Of a DNA stretch of 64,000 nucleotides, positions 7,759-17,000 are shown in pieces. The translations under genes were made by a program, and so were the position numbers. This DNA is from Candidatus Woesearchaeota archaeon (lineage in GTDB: Archaea; Nanobdellota; Nanobdellia; Woesearchaeales; JAGVZT01), in assembly GCA_018263355.1 (NCBI GenBank), contig JAANXH010000051.1, positions 10,897 through 74,896 of the forward strand. Reading direction: 5' to 3'. The notes below the pieces were generated by a model. The model did not search any database and had not been told where the DNA came from. It saw only the letters and a list, made by a program, of their open reading frames with translations. How positions within the stretch are numbered: the stretch's first letter is position 1; each line of letters begins with the position of its first letter.

Positions 7759-10272
7759 TTACTCTGCAGGTTCTTCAGCAACTTCTTCAGCAACTTCTTC
7801 AGCAACTTCTTCTACAGCTTCTTCTTCTGGAGTTGGTACTCCAACCTGAATATCTGTTAAGCTTGTTCCTGTAACCTCTAATTCAACTCCTTCAAAGTTG
7901 TCATATTGGTCATAGTTACCTACTACTCTTGCTGCTCTTCTGGAATCCATTGCGCTGTAACCTGCAACAAGTAATGCCATGTTTCCGTTGTCATGTTCAA
8001 ACAACTTAACCATTGCTTTACCCATCTCAAAGTCAGCTGCACAATCTGTTGGATTACCCATTAGCTCTGCTGCTAAAGTGTTGACACAAGGTCCACCAAC
8101 CACTATTGCGTTCTGTGCGGTTAGGCTTTCAACTTCTATGTCCAGAACTGCTGCTCCAACTTCGATTCTTTGGACTTCCTCATATGAGGATCCTGAACCT
8201 CCTTCACTGACAACAGCTGCGTTTGACTTAACAAACACATTTGCATGAGCTTCTTCTCCTTGATAAGTAATTTCTACTTCATACTCATCTCCGGATTTGT
8301 CCCATTCAACCAAGGTACCTTTTTCAGTATAGTGCCCATAACTATCTGAGTCACCAATTTCATGGTACCTGTCAGTCTCGTCTTCTGCAAGAACAAAGTC
8401 TGTATCAGTCTGGTCATTTAGATAGACTGTTGCTTTATTTTGTGCAGTTGCTCGTAAGCCCACTTCAAAGCTTCCTCCTCCTTCCAAAACACCATTCTGG
8501 TCTTCTTCAGACAAAGTGATATTATGGGTTGGGGTTCCACTGACTGAACTCTGTAAGTCAATAGTAAAACCTTCTGCAGTGTAGATTTTGTTACCTACAT
8601 CAGCTGATGCGCTTACAGTTGCAGTTTCAGTAGTTGAATTAACTGCACTAAATACTGCACTTACATCTCCTACATTCACAGTACAAGGCACTGATGAACA
8701 AGATCCAGTGTACTTTGTACCACTAGAGATATCCTGCAAAGTGACTACCTTGTCACTATCGATATTGTCATACTCAACAATACGGGTTTCTCTTTCATCT
8801 GAACTTGTCAAAAGCAGATAATCTCCTCTTGTCATTTGTCCAGTAGCTACAAATAGCCTTCCGCTTCCAGCAGTTGTTGTCTCTCCAAATTGTGTGTAAT
8901 TACCATCAAAGTACAAAATGTCAAGATCCACTTCACCAGATTCCAATGGAGCTATCAATCGGATGTTATCGTCACCGTGAGGCTCAACTACAATAGTTTC
9001 TTCTTCTCCACCACTGGTCATTCCAGCAAATTCGACTTGGTATGAGTCAAATCCTGGGAAGGATAGTGACTCACCTTCAGCTGCAAATAACTCATTATCT
9101 GGTACCCAGGTAAGCTCTAGCTTATCCATTGTAAAAGTTGATCCACTTATACTCATGGATCCAGTCCAGTCAACATAGAGGTCATCTACGTCCTCTCCAC
9201 CGACTTGTACTTTAGAATCCAATGCTGTTGGAGTTGTTCCGTCTGCATCTGTAAGTACAACTTTTTGTGCACCTAGATAAAACTGTACAAGATCTTTTCC
9301 TGCGCCAGCTTCTCCAGCTTCGTTACCCATTACTTGTTTAATTCCTACTTCAATACCAGCAAGTGTTTGTGTTTGGTCTTTTGAAAGTTCTTTAGAACTT
9401 ACTCCATTCACACTCAAGATTACTGTTTCAGCAGAACTACCTGTATCTGAGATAATATCTACAGTTACCTCATAATCTTCACCAGCTACTGTAAAGGTTT
9501 TTGTTTCACCTTCATACATAGTGTTAAGGGTAACTCCTCCCATCATCTCCCAAGCAATTTGAGTACCGTCTCTTTCTGCCTTGGTTACATCATATTCAAC
9601 ACCCATTATTTCAATGGTTGTATCCTCAAAATCACAAAGTTCATCTTGTGAACCACAATTAGTTCCTGAATACCAGTCACTTTCTGCGTTCTTTGTGAAA
9701 TCTAGTGTGTACCTCATAAACCAGGTCTGCGAAGCTCCGCTTCTTGGTTCATATAGCATCACATATGGATTATCTTCATCTTTGTAGTCTCTGTGTTTCA
9801 AGTAAGTAACACTTGAATTGTCGAATTCTAGTTTCTGCTCGTACTCATAAGAAGTACTTTCGTCGTCTCCGTCATTAACAAAGGTTCCTTTTACCAACAA
9901 TTCTGGCAAGTCTTCTTCATCTAATTTTGACTTTACAGTTGCAAGGTTTTCTCCTGCTGTCAGTTTATTACTGTCAGTAGCAATCTTTACACCTTCCCCA
10001 GAAACAGTCACTTCTGTTGAAGATCCTTCTACTTCTGTGGTTACTGTATTTGCATACTGTAGACTTGTTGCAATATCTATGGCGCCTAGCACATCTTCTG
10101 TTGCTGCTTCTGCTCCTACCACTAACAATGCATTAAATGCACCGTCCTCCACAAAGGGAGCTGGGTAATTATCCAGATCAGCTGCTGCCATGGCTCCAAG
10201 GATTGTTGCTCCAACCATTGTTGCTCCAGTTCCTAAGGCCACAATTCGTTTTATGGCCTTTTTCAGCTTCAT
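7759..10272 (-). CDS. S-layer protein (S_layer_N / S_layer_C type) with acidic (EEVA)n C-terminal tail
   Basis: Signal peptide MKLKKAIKRIVALGTGATMVGATILGAMAAA. N-terminal LVVGAEAATEDVLGAIDIATSLQY resembles the Methanococcus S-layer N-domain. C-terminal NAIVVGGPCVNTLAAEL...ALLVAGYSAMDSRRAARVV resembles the S-layer C-domain. Start moved to the second Met (10272), which is preceded by GGAGGTG. Confidence 0.65.
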   Translation of the reverse strand: MKLKKAIKRIVALGTGATMVGATILGAMAAADLDNYPAPFVEDGAFNALLVVGAEAATEDVLGAIDIATSLQYANTVTTEVEGSSTEVTVSGEGVKIATDSNKLTAGENLATVKSKLDEEDLPELLVKGTFVNDGDDESTSYEYEQKLEFDNSSVTYLKHRDYKDEDNPYVMLYEPRSGASQTWFMRYTLDFTKNAESDWYSGTNCGSQDELCDFEDTTIEIMGVEYDVTKAERDGTQIAWEMMGGVTLNTMYEGETKTFTVAGEDYEVTVDIISDTGSSAETVILSVNGVSSKELSKDQTQTLAGIEVGIKQVMGNEAGEAGAGKDLVQFYLGAQKVVLTDADGTTPTALDSKVQVGGEDVDDLYVDWTGSMSISGSTFTMDKLELTWVPDNELFAAEGESLSFPGFDSYQVEFAGMTSGGEEETIVVEPHGDDNIRLIAPLESGEVDLDILYFDGNYTQFGETTTAGSGRLFVATGQMTRGDYLLLTSSDERETRIVEYDNIDSDKVVTLQDISSGTKYTGSCSSVPCTVNVGDVSAVFSAVNSTTETATVSASADVGNKIYTAEGFTIDLQSSVSGTPTHNITLSEEDQNGVLEGGGSFEVGLRATAQNKATVYLNDQTDTDFVLAEDETDRYHEIGDSDSYGHYTEKGTLVEWDKSGDEYEVEITYQGEEAHANVFVKSNAAVVSEGGSGSSYEEVQRIEVGAAVLDIEVESLTAQNAIVVGGPCVNTLAAELMGNPTDCAADFEMGKAMVKLFEHDNGNMALLVAGYSAMDSRRAARVVGNYDQYDNFEGVELEVTGTSLTDIQVGVPTPEEEAVEEVAEEVAEEVAEEPAE

Positions 10273-10333
10273 ATAAACACCTCCTAAATGTTTTTTGGCT
10301 ATCATATACTGTTAGCCCTGTTAGCATTAAACC

Positions 10334-10350
10334 ATATAAAGAAAATATAA
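10334..10350 (-). promoter_or_regulatory. Candidate TATA box for the S-layer gene
   Basis: On the minus strand, a tttatat-like AT box sits about 60-75 nt upstream of the start and ahead of the GGAGGTG SD. Confidence 0.25.
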
Positions 10351-10660
10351 TCTCTTTTTACGGCTAGCCATTTACTAACAGTTAACTTCGATTACCAAAT
10401 TTTGATTTATAAATATTTCGCCGGTAAAGAATATAGAATTATGTTGTTTTTAGTCTATACCCACTCTACTAGCAGAATTCTCCATTTTAGACTGGTTGTC
10501 ACTTCACGATAGAAAACCTTGTTTTTAGCTGTATTTTTCGTGTTATTTAAAAAGCCCCATTTAATGTATGATTTAGTGTGATATATAAATATAGGATTTT
10601 ATAGAAAATAAGAAATTATTCATACTAAAAATTTAGATAAATTAAAACACTACTTAACCC

Positions 10661-10728
10661 TATAATAATATAAAATATTCTCAATAATAATATAAAATAT
10701 TCTCAATAATAATATAAAATATCTATTT
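10661..10728. repeat. Tandem direct repeat (22-nt unit taataatataaaatattctcaa, about 2.7 copies)
   Basis: Read directly from the sequence at 10661-10728, just 3' of the tRNA-Leu gene. Confidence 0.6.
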
Positions 10729-10740
10729 TAGAAAAGATGA

Positions 10741-10893
10741 TGCGGAGAGCAGGACTCGAACCTGCGAAAGCACTAAGCTAACAGGTGTCCTCAAATCAAG
10801 TTGGAACCTGACTCACCTAAGCCTGTCCCGTATGACCTAAAACCATACTTTTTATCAAGGTTTGATTTTGTTTGGCCACTCCGGCATCTCCGC
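10741..10893 (-). tRNA. tRNA-Leu (anticodon UAG inferred) with two introns (D-loop and anticodon loop)
   Basis: The reverse complement reads GCGGAGAUGCCGGAGUGGCCAAAC[about 40-nt insert]GGGACAGG CUUAGG[insert]...CCUGU, then a long variable arm, GCAGGUUCGAGUCCUGC, UCUCCGC and A. Acceptor and T-arm are canonical, with a class II long variable arm and discriminator A. Exact intron boundaries are not resolved by eye. Confidence 0.65.
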
Positions 10894-11374
10894 TTAACAA
10901 AAAGGTAACAAGAATATAATATATAAATTATTCTATTGAGAATTTTGAATGCATTCATTCAACTTTTGTTTATGCTCAATACCAGTTTCATTCGGCAGTT
11001 AAATACTTGCCTGAAGTGCAATCTAACAAACCCAATAAAATTCTCAGAGAGAACTTTGAAATCATAGCTTACCAGTACTTCAAAACACGATTTTTAATAA
11101 AAAGAAGGTATTTCAAAGTTCTCTATTACACAATTGATTTTAATTGTTTATTTAGAATGGGCAAAATCAACTACTCTGTGTTAGCTCCATAAATGCCAGA
11201 TTTGTGTGAAGGAGACAACCATTGTAAAGGTCATTGGGGAAACAGTTTGCCGTCTATTAATAGGACTTAATGCAATATCAAGGAGAGTTTAGCAAACTGG
11301 CGACTGAACCGGCAATGTGGAGCTAACCGCAATTAACTTGACTTTACCTTTAGAATGAAAGATTATCTAACATC

Positions 11375-12652
11375 TTATTCAACTGAAAAAGAGTAATCTA
11401 CTTCTAGTTTGTCTTTTACTGACTCTAGTTTTTTGATAACTTCTTGTAGATCTGCTTTGAAACTTGGCTCAAGCTCAACTGCTTTCTTAAAATGATTGTA
11501 AGCTGAAGCATATTTTTTTGCACCTAAACTTATTGCCCCAATGTTTCTATGAATTATTGCATTCTTAGGATCTAATTTTAAAGCTTTGTTAAAATTCTTA
11601 ATTGCTAAATTGAGCTTGCCAAGATTTGCATATACATTTGCAAGATTATTAAAAGTCTCTGGATCTGATGGATCTAGTCTGGCAGCTTTTTCATAGACCA
11701 CAGCAGCTTTTTTTAGATTACCCAGCTTTGTCTGGGCTTGTCCAAGAAAAAAATAAGAAAGTGGTGCTTTTGGAACAAGACTAATTACTTTTTCAAAGCA
11801 ATCAACTGCCTTAGAAAACTGCTCTGTCTTCATATAACTCTTACCAAGATTAAAATAAACATAAACATATGTTGAATAATATTCAACATTGTCAGCATCT
11901 CCAATAAGTGCTGCTGACTTTTCAAAGTATTTTATGGCTTTTGTATAATTTTCTTCTCCAAAATAAATTGACCCAACCTCAAAATAAGGTTTTGGATTTT
12001 CTGGAGTTTGTTTAATCTGCTCAATTCCCATTCTTAGATATTTTTTGCTTTTTGCCTTATCAAACTCTTCACTTTTCTCAACCCTAAAATGATGCAAGGG
12101 GATTTTTGATTTACCAATTTTTCCCTCTTGTTCTTTTATTGAAGGTTCAATCAGTTCATGAATCATGCCAGAGAATCTGTATTGTTTTTCATTTCTAAAT
12201 AATCTTACCAGCTCGGATGGAAACCATCCTTTATAGTTTTTACTTTCTTTGTAATCATCTCCTTTAGAAGTTACCTCAAAAGTAAGTGGCTTGTATTTAT
12301 TAAAATAATTTCTTTGTATTAGTGTATATGCGTCAAAATCCTTTGACAATTGATTAATTAGTTTTTCATGGTCTTTTTCTGAAATGGTTTCATCTGCATC
12401 TAAAACTAATATCCAATCTTTTGTTGCATTTTGCAGTGAAATGTTTCTTGCCTTGCTAAAATTATCATCCCATTCATGTTTTATTACTTTAGCTCCAAAC
12501 TCTTTAGCAATCTTTACAGTATTATCTTTAGAACCTGTATCTACAATAATAATTTCATCAACTATCTGCTTAACACTTTCAAGACAATCTGTTAAAAAAT
12601 CCTGTTCATCCTTTGTTATCATACAAAGACTGAGTGTCGGCTTATTGGGCAT
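11375..12652 (-). CDS. Family 2 glycosyltransferase with C-terminal TPR repeats
   Basis: N-terminal GT2 signature LSLCMITKDEQDFL...VDTGSKDNT...LVLDADE. The C-terminal half is repeated TPR-like units (YFNLGKSY, AVDCFEKV, KAAVVYEKAARLDP, LAIKNFNKALKLDP). Confidence 0.75.
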   Translation of the reverse strand: MPNKPTLSLCMITKDEQDFLTDCLESVKQIVDEIIIVDTGSKDNTVKIAKEFGAKVIKHEWDDNFSKARNISLQNATKDWILVLDADETISEKDHEKLINQLSKDFDAYTLIQRNYFNKYKPLTFEVTSKGDDYKESKNYKGWFPSELVRLFRNEKQYRFSGMIHELIEPSIKEQEGKIGKSKIPLHHFRVEKSEEFDKAKSKKYLRMGIEQIKQTPENPKPYFEVGSIYFGEENYTKAIKYFEKSAALIGDADNVEYYSTYVYVYFNLGKSYMKTEQFSKAVDCFEKVISLVPKAPLSYFFLGQAQTKLGNLKKAAVVYEKAARLDPSDPETFNNLANVYANLGKLNLAIKNFNKALKLDPKNAIIHRNIGAISLGAKKYASAYNHFKKAVELEPSFKADLQEVIKKLESVKDKLEVDYSFSVE

Positions 12653-12661
12653 CTTATCACT

Positions 12662-12829
12662 TTATTTTTTTTTGTTCCAATTATAGGATCTTAATCTTTT
12701 ACTTTTTCCATATCCACAAGATGCACAAACCTTTCTGGACTTGTGGTAAGTTCTTTTCCCACATCTTCTGCAGACTATGTGAGTCTTACCCTTACTCATC
12801 TTTCCTTTAGAAGGAGTACCTTTAGTCAT
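12662..12829 (-). CDS. rpl37e: 50S ribosomal protein L37e
   Basis: Not in the ORF track (<60 aa). Manual translation gives [55 protein letters not shown] with the L37e C4 zinc ribbon. It sits directly downstream of the Sm gene, the conserved archaeal arrangement. Confidence 0.85.
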   Translation of the reverse strand: MTKGTPSKGKMSKGKTHIVCRRCGKRTYHKSRKVCASCGYGKSKRLRSYNWNKKK

Positions 12830-12830
12830 T

Positions 12831-13058
12831 TTAAGCTGGTGATATAATTGTTATTGTATCCCCTCTAATGAATACAACACCTAATTTTCTTTTTGTTTTA
12901 CCATCTTCTCTTTCTTCTGCATCTTCTAACACTGCATTGATATGAATATCAAAAGAGATTAAGTTACCAACATACTGGCGTCCGTTCTTTTGTTCTACTA
13001 TTACTCTTTTATTTCTTGCTTGGTTTAAAGCATCTAATGGTCTTTTATTTTGTGCCAT
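12831..13058 (-). CDS. Sm-like archaeal protein (SmAP/LSm)
   Basis: Sm1/Sm2 motifs [31 protein letters not shown] ... VFIRGDTI; 75 aa. Confidence 0.85.
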   Translation of the reverse strand: MAQNKRPLDALNQARNKRVIVEQKNGRQYVGNLISFDIHINAVLEDAEEREDGKTKRKLGVVFIRGDTITIISPA

Positions 13059-13195
13059 ATTATTTACACCCCGTAAAATCTAATATTTAATGGTATTTAA
13101 CCATGGTTTATAAAGTTTGTGGATATATTCCTGATAATTCGAATATTAATCAAAGCAAAACCTATTTAAATGACCAAACATTCCTTATGTATAGA

Positions 13196-13573
13196 ATGTT
13201 AACCCAATATAGATCAAAAAGAAAGATTACCGGCGGCAGATATAAAAAATATAGGGGGAAGAGACTCTATGAGACTGCTAGAATCGCATCTTTGACTAAA
13301 TTAGGAAAAACAAGATTATCAAAAATTCAAACTCTTGGTGGAAATTCAAAAAACAGATTACTAAGAGAAGAGTTTGCAAATGTTGTAGATCCTAAAACAA
13401 ACAAGGCAAAGAAAACTAAGATCAAAACAATTCTTGAAAACCCAGCAAACAGACATTATGTCAGAAGAAATATCATGACCAAGGGAACTGTTATTGATAC
13501 TGAGCTTGGAAAAGCAAAGATCACATCAAGACCTGGTCAAGATGGAACTGTTAATGCTGTACTTATTTCTTAG
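13196..13573 (+). CDS. rps8e: 30S ribosomal protein S8e
   Basis: MLTQYRSKRKITGGRYKKYRGKR ... ENPANRHYVRRNIMTKGTVIDTELGKAKITSRPGQDGTVNAVLI matches S8e. The longer upstream ORF (from 13103) is probably an over-extension. Confidence 0.85.
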   Translation: MLTQYRSKRKITGGRYKKYRGKRLYETARIASLTKLGKTRLSKIQTLGGNSKNRLLREEFANVVDPKTNKAKKTKIKTILENPANRHYVRRNIMTKGTVIDTELGKAKITSRPGQDGTVNAVLIS

Positions 13574-13575
13574 AT

Positions 13576-14058
13576 TTAATCTTCTAAATATGAATCTAGA
13601 ACATTAAGGAATAAATGTCCAACCTTTACTGGTGTATAATCAGAGATATCCTGAGCCCCATCAGGTCTAAATTTTGGAAAACTTTTCACTAATAGAGTTC
13701 TTTTAGAATCAGTTTGTTCAAATTGATTTCTGTTATACCCTCCCCCAATATTTACAAAATTAAGTATTCTTGCATGTTTAATATCTTCCTCCAAATATTC
13801 TTCTAATAAATAATCATAATAACCATGTTCTCTGCCTTCATTATATAATGCTGTCCCTTCTTCTCCAAATTTCATTCCAGGTTCAACATCACATAAATCA
13901 CAAAGAACAGCGTATCCTAGTGCCTCTCCATTATGAAAAGCAGATTCTCTTTGTTCTAAACGCCCATGAAATTTTTCTTCTAAAGATTTCATACAGATAA
14001 AATATACTTCTTTATTTATAAATCTATCGGTTTTTATTAACTTATCAGTAGTAATCAA
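13576..14058 (-). CDS. Hypothetical protein
   Basis: 160-aa ORF with Cys/His-containing segments (FHNGEALGYAVLCDLCD) and no confident family assignment. Confidence 0.3.
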   Translation of the reverse strand: MITTDKLIKTDRFINKEVYFICMKSLEEKFHGRLEQRESAFHNGEALGYAVLCDLCDVEPGMKFGEEGTALYNEGREHGYYDYLLEEYLEEDIKHARILNFVNIGGGYNRNQFEQTDSKRTLLVKSFPKFRPDGAQDISDYTPVKVGHLFLNVLDSYLED

Positions 14059-17000
14059 TCCTTTCCAACTAACTTTTTGTATTTTTGTTTTTGCTCAATA
14101 AATTCTTTTTGGGCATTTTTAGCTGATTTTTTTTCTCGACTTATTAAAAAATAAGTTCCTATACCAACTCCAGGTACAATTACAAAAAGCACAAGTAAAA
14201 AAATCAACCAAGGAAATTTATTTTCTGTTTGTGGATTTTCCTGATTAGGTTTGACCTCAGGCTCAACAATATTAATTTTGGCTTCTGCTTCTGAATCCAC
14301 AACAGTATTTACTCTTTGACCAGATATAACAAAATAACTAAAACCTGGAGAGTTTGCTAAGTAAAATAAATGAGTATTGTTTGACCCTGTTTGCTTTGTA
14401 TCAAGCTTAGACCATTCATTCTCCCATCTATACATACTTACTGTACTTGAATTTACACTATATGCACTAATCCAATCCCTGCCAACTTCAAATTCTATTT
14501 TAACACTAGATATCACACTATCATTAATATTATCACTAGTTTTTATCTCTATGTATTGATATACTGGTCCTCCAATATTCTCAACAGAGTCTGGCTGCTC
14601 CACTAAATTGCCAATTGTGATTTCCGCTCCCCTTACTTTTTTTGCAGCACTAAACATGATTTTATTTACGGCAATTTTTGCTTCTGAAATTTGCATTATG
14701 TTTTTATCTAAACTTAAAACATCCCATAATTTTGATTTACTTGTCTCTTTCTCTTCCCCTACTGTTGGAACAAAACCGCCCCCTCCTCCACCTCCAGAAG
14801 AAGAAGAAACTGTTGTACTAATTATATCTTGGAAAACACCTATGTTTTCAGGGCCAACCCCAGAAAAATGGGGAATCTTAAACCAAAGCATATTATTATC
14901 TGCATCTTTATAACAAAGTTCTGTCAAATTCTCATCTGATTCATTGCAAGCAACAGATGAATTAAGGTATAATTCATATTCAGTACCAACATAATCCTGA
15001 TAATCTGATAAATCACTATTAGAAGTTATATTTGTTGTATTATCTCCAGCAGAACTGTTCCAAACTGCATTCCAATCATCATCATATAAAACTGGAATTG
15101 AAATGTTTATTTGTAAGTCCTCATTGATCCCTGCTTGACTTGAGGTTGCTGGTACATATGGGGCCCCGATTATAACATAATCATAGATTTCTGGTCCTGA
15201 ACTTCCAAATCTCCATGCCTGTGAATAAGCAGATGTGCCCTGAGTGTCAGAAGAGTTAGAATCAAATAATGCATCAGGAGGACCAGATGCAAGCATATCT
15301 ACATTAACAAAATGTACTGTTATATTATTTGAATTTCTCATCCTAAAACTAATTGGTACTCCACTCATTACAATGGACAAAGGATTTACATTGCTTCTAT
15401 TAGCTTCACCTCCAAACAGGCTGCAGCTTCCATCATAATTTGGAACATCGCAAGTGCTTCTATATGAGATCATATCAACAAATAAATCTCCAAGTGAGTC
15501 TCCGTCTGGATCTTCTACATTAAAAGGTTCATTTAAACTTATGTTAAGTTCAGATGAAAGCTCGGCAAGATTAAATGATTTTTTTGCTGGTGCTCCACTA
15601 GAAGAATAAACATTAATTCTATCAATTCCTGAAATGTTTAATATTGGAACATAAAAACTTCCATTAGAATTCTGGCTAACATCTGTTGTTAATGTGAAAT
15701 TTACCTGCTCGTAATTTAATTTAACTTCTACAGACGCAAATCCACTTATTGATGCGCCAGTGCTGTTGTAAATATTAATCTGTTTTAGTTTCAAAGGTAT
15801 ATTCTTCTGACCACTAAATCCTTTTACTGTCAAATTTGACTGGTTGCCAAGCAGTTTGTACAAAGAAAAGTTAACAGGCCCAGGACTTGTTTGGTAACTT
15901 AAGGAAACTTGCTGGAAACCACCATAATAACTAGAATTCTTTTGAGCTATTGCAAAAACAAGTACTGTTGAATTTTCTACCTGAGCTGCAACAGAAATAT
16001 TATACTCTCCAGAGGAATGATTGTAAAAGTCATCTCCTGTAGAGTTAAACATAACTTGAGCATTATCTCCATAATATACATTTCTTCCTGGTTCTAAAAG
16101 ATATGAAACTACAAGCAATGAATCTAAATTTGCTGAATCATTAATTGTTGCATATCCAGTTAGCCTTTCATTAGATTCTGTACAATTGAAAGTTTTTTCA
16201 TAATAAGATGAAAGGTTAGTCACATCAACACTTACTGGAAAACTGTTGTTAGGATAAATCATTATTGAGTAATTCCTGTTATTTGGCACAGGAACTTGCT
16301 CATTTAAGGAAAATGAATCAAAATCTTCCTCAACAGAATATCCCAATTTTTTGTCTTTAACCTGGTATTTGAAAGGTATTTGTGAACCGGTTGAATTTAT
16401 TGCAGAAAAATTTAGGATTGCTGCGGGCTGTAGATAAAAGTCTATAGGAGATATATTTTGAATCTCTGTGTATGGAAACTCTGGCAGAGAGGCTCCAATA
16501 TAATCAACTTGATCTTCATCAGAATGTTTAATTGTAGGCTTGTAAAATCTGTTTTGATAAATTCTTATATCTGTAATATTAAAAAAACCAGCATTATCAC
16601 TTCGAGTAAAATGGACTTTTTGAAGATCCATTCCTTCATTATATGTGTATATGTTCATTCTTACTGCAGTTTCGTTGATAATTGAACCATTAGTGTATTT
16701 GGTATATCCATAGAAATCAAAGTATTCAATTAATGTTCCATCTACCACCAAACTTCTATTTTCACTCCAAATCTTCTGACCAATATTATCATATGCAAGA
16801 CAGCCCCAAGTATATGTTCCGTTCCCCATACTCATTGTCCAAGTCTTATTTATTGACTTTCCAATATTTGACTGAGAAACATTCAGTGAAAAAGACTGAT
16901 TAGTTTTGTTAGTCATATACAAACTTATGTTAACTATCCCTTGATCGTCTGAAGCATAACAATTAAAAGAAACATCTACTGGATCAGTTGAATTCTTTAA

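Noticed and set aside
7979-10367. ORF-track entries 7979-8248, 8588-8821, 9581-9787 and 10137-10367 on the plus strand
   Set aside because: All lie antisense inside the S-layer gene. They are low-complexity S/T/L-rich translations typical of antisense frames of a GC-richer gene and were judged spurious.
11007-11192. 61-aa plus-strand ORF upstream of the tRNA-Leu gene
   Set aside because: It is isolated in a long non-coding tract with no RBS. Its AT-rich composition gives a K/I/F/Y-rich product with no motif.
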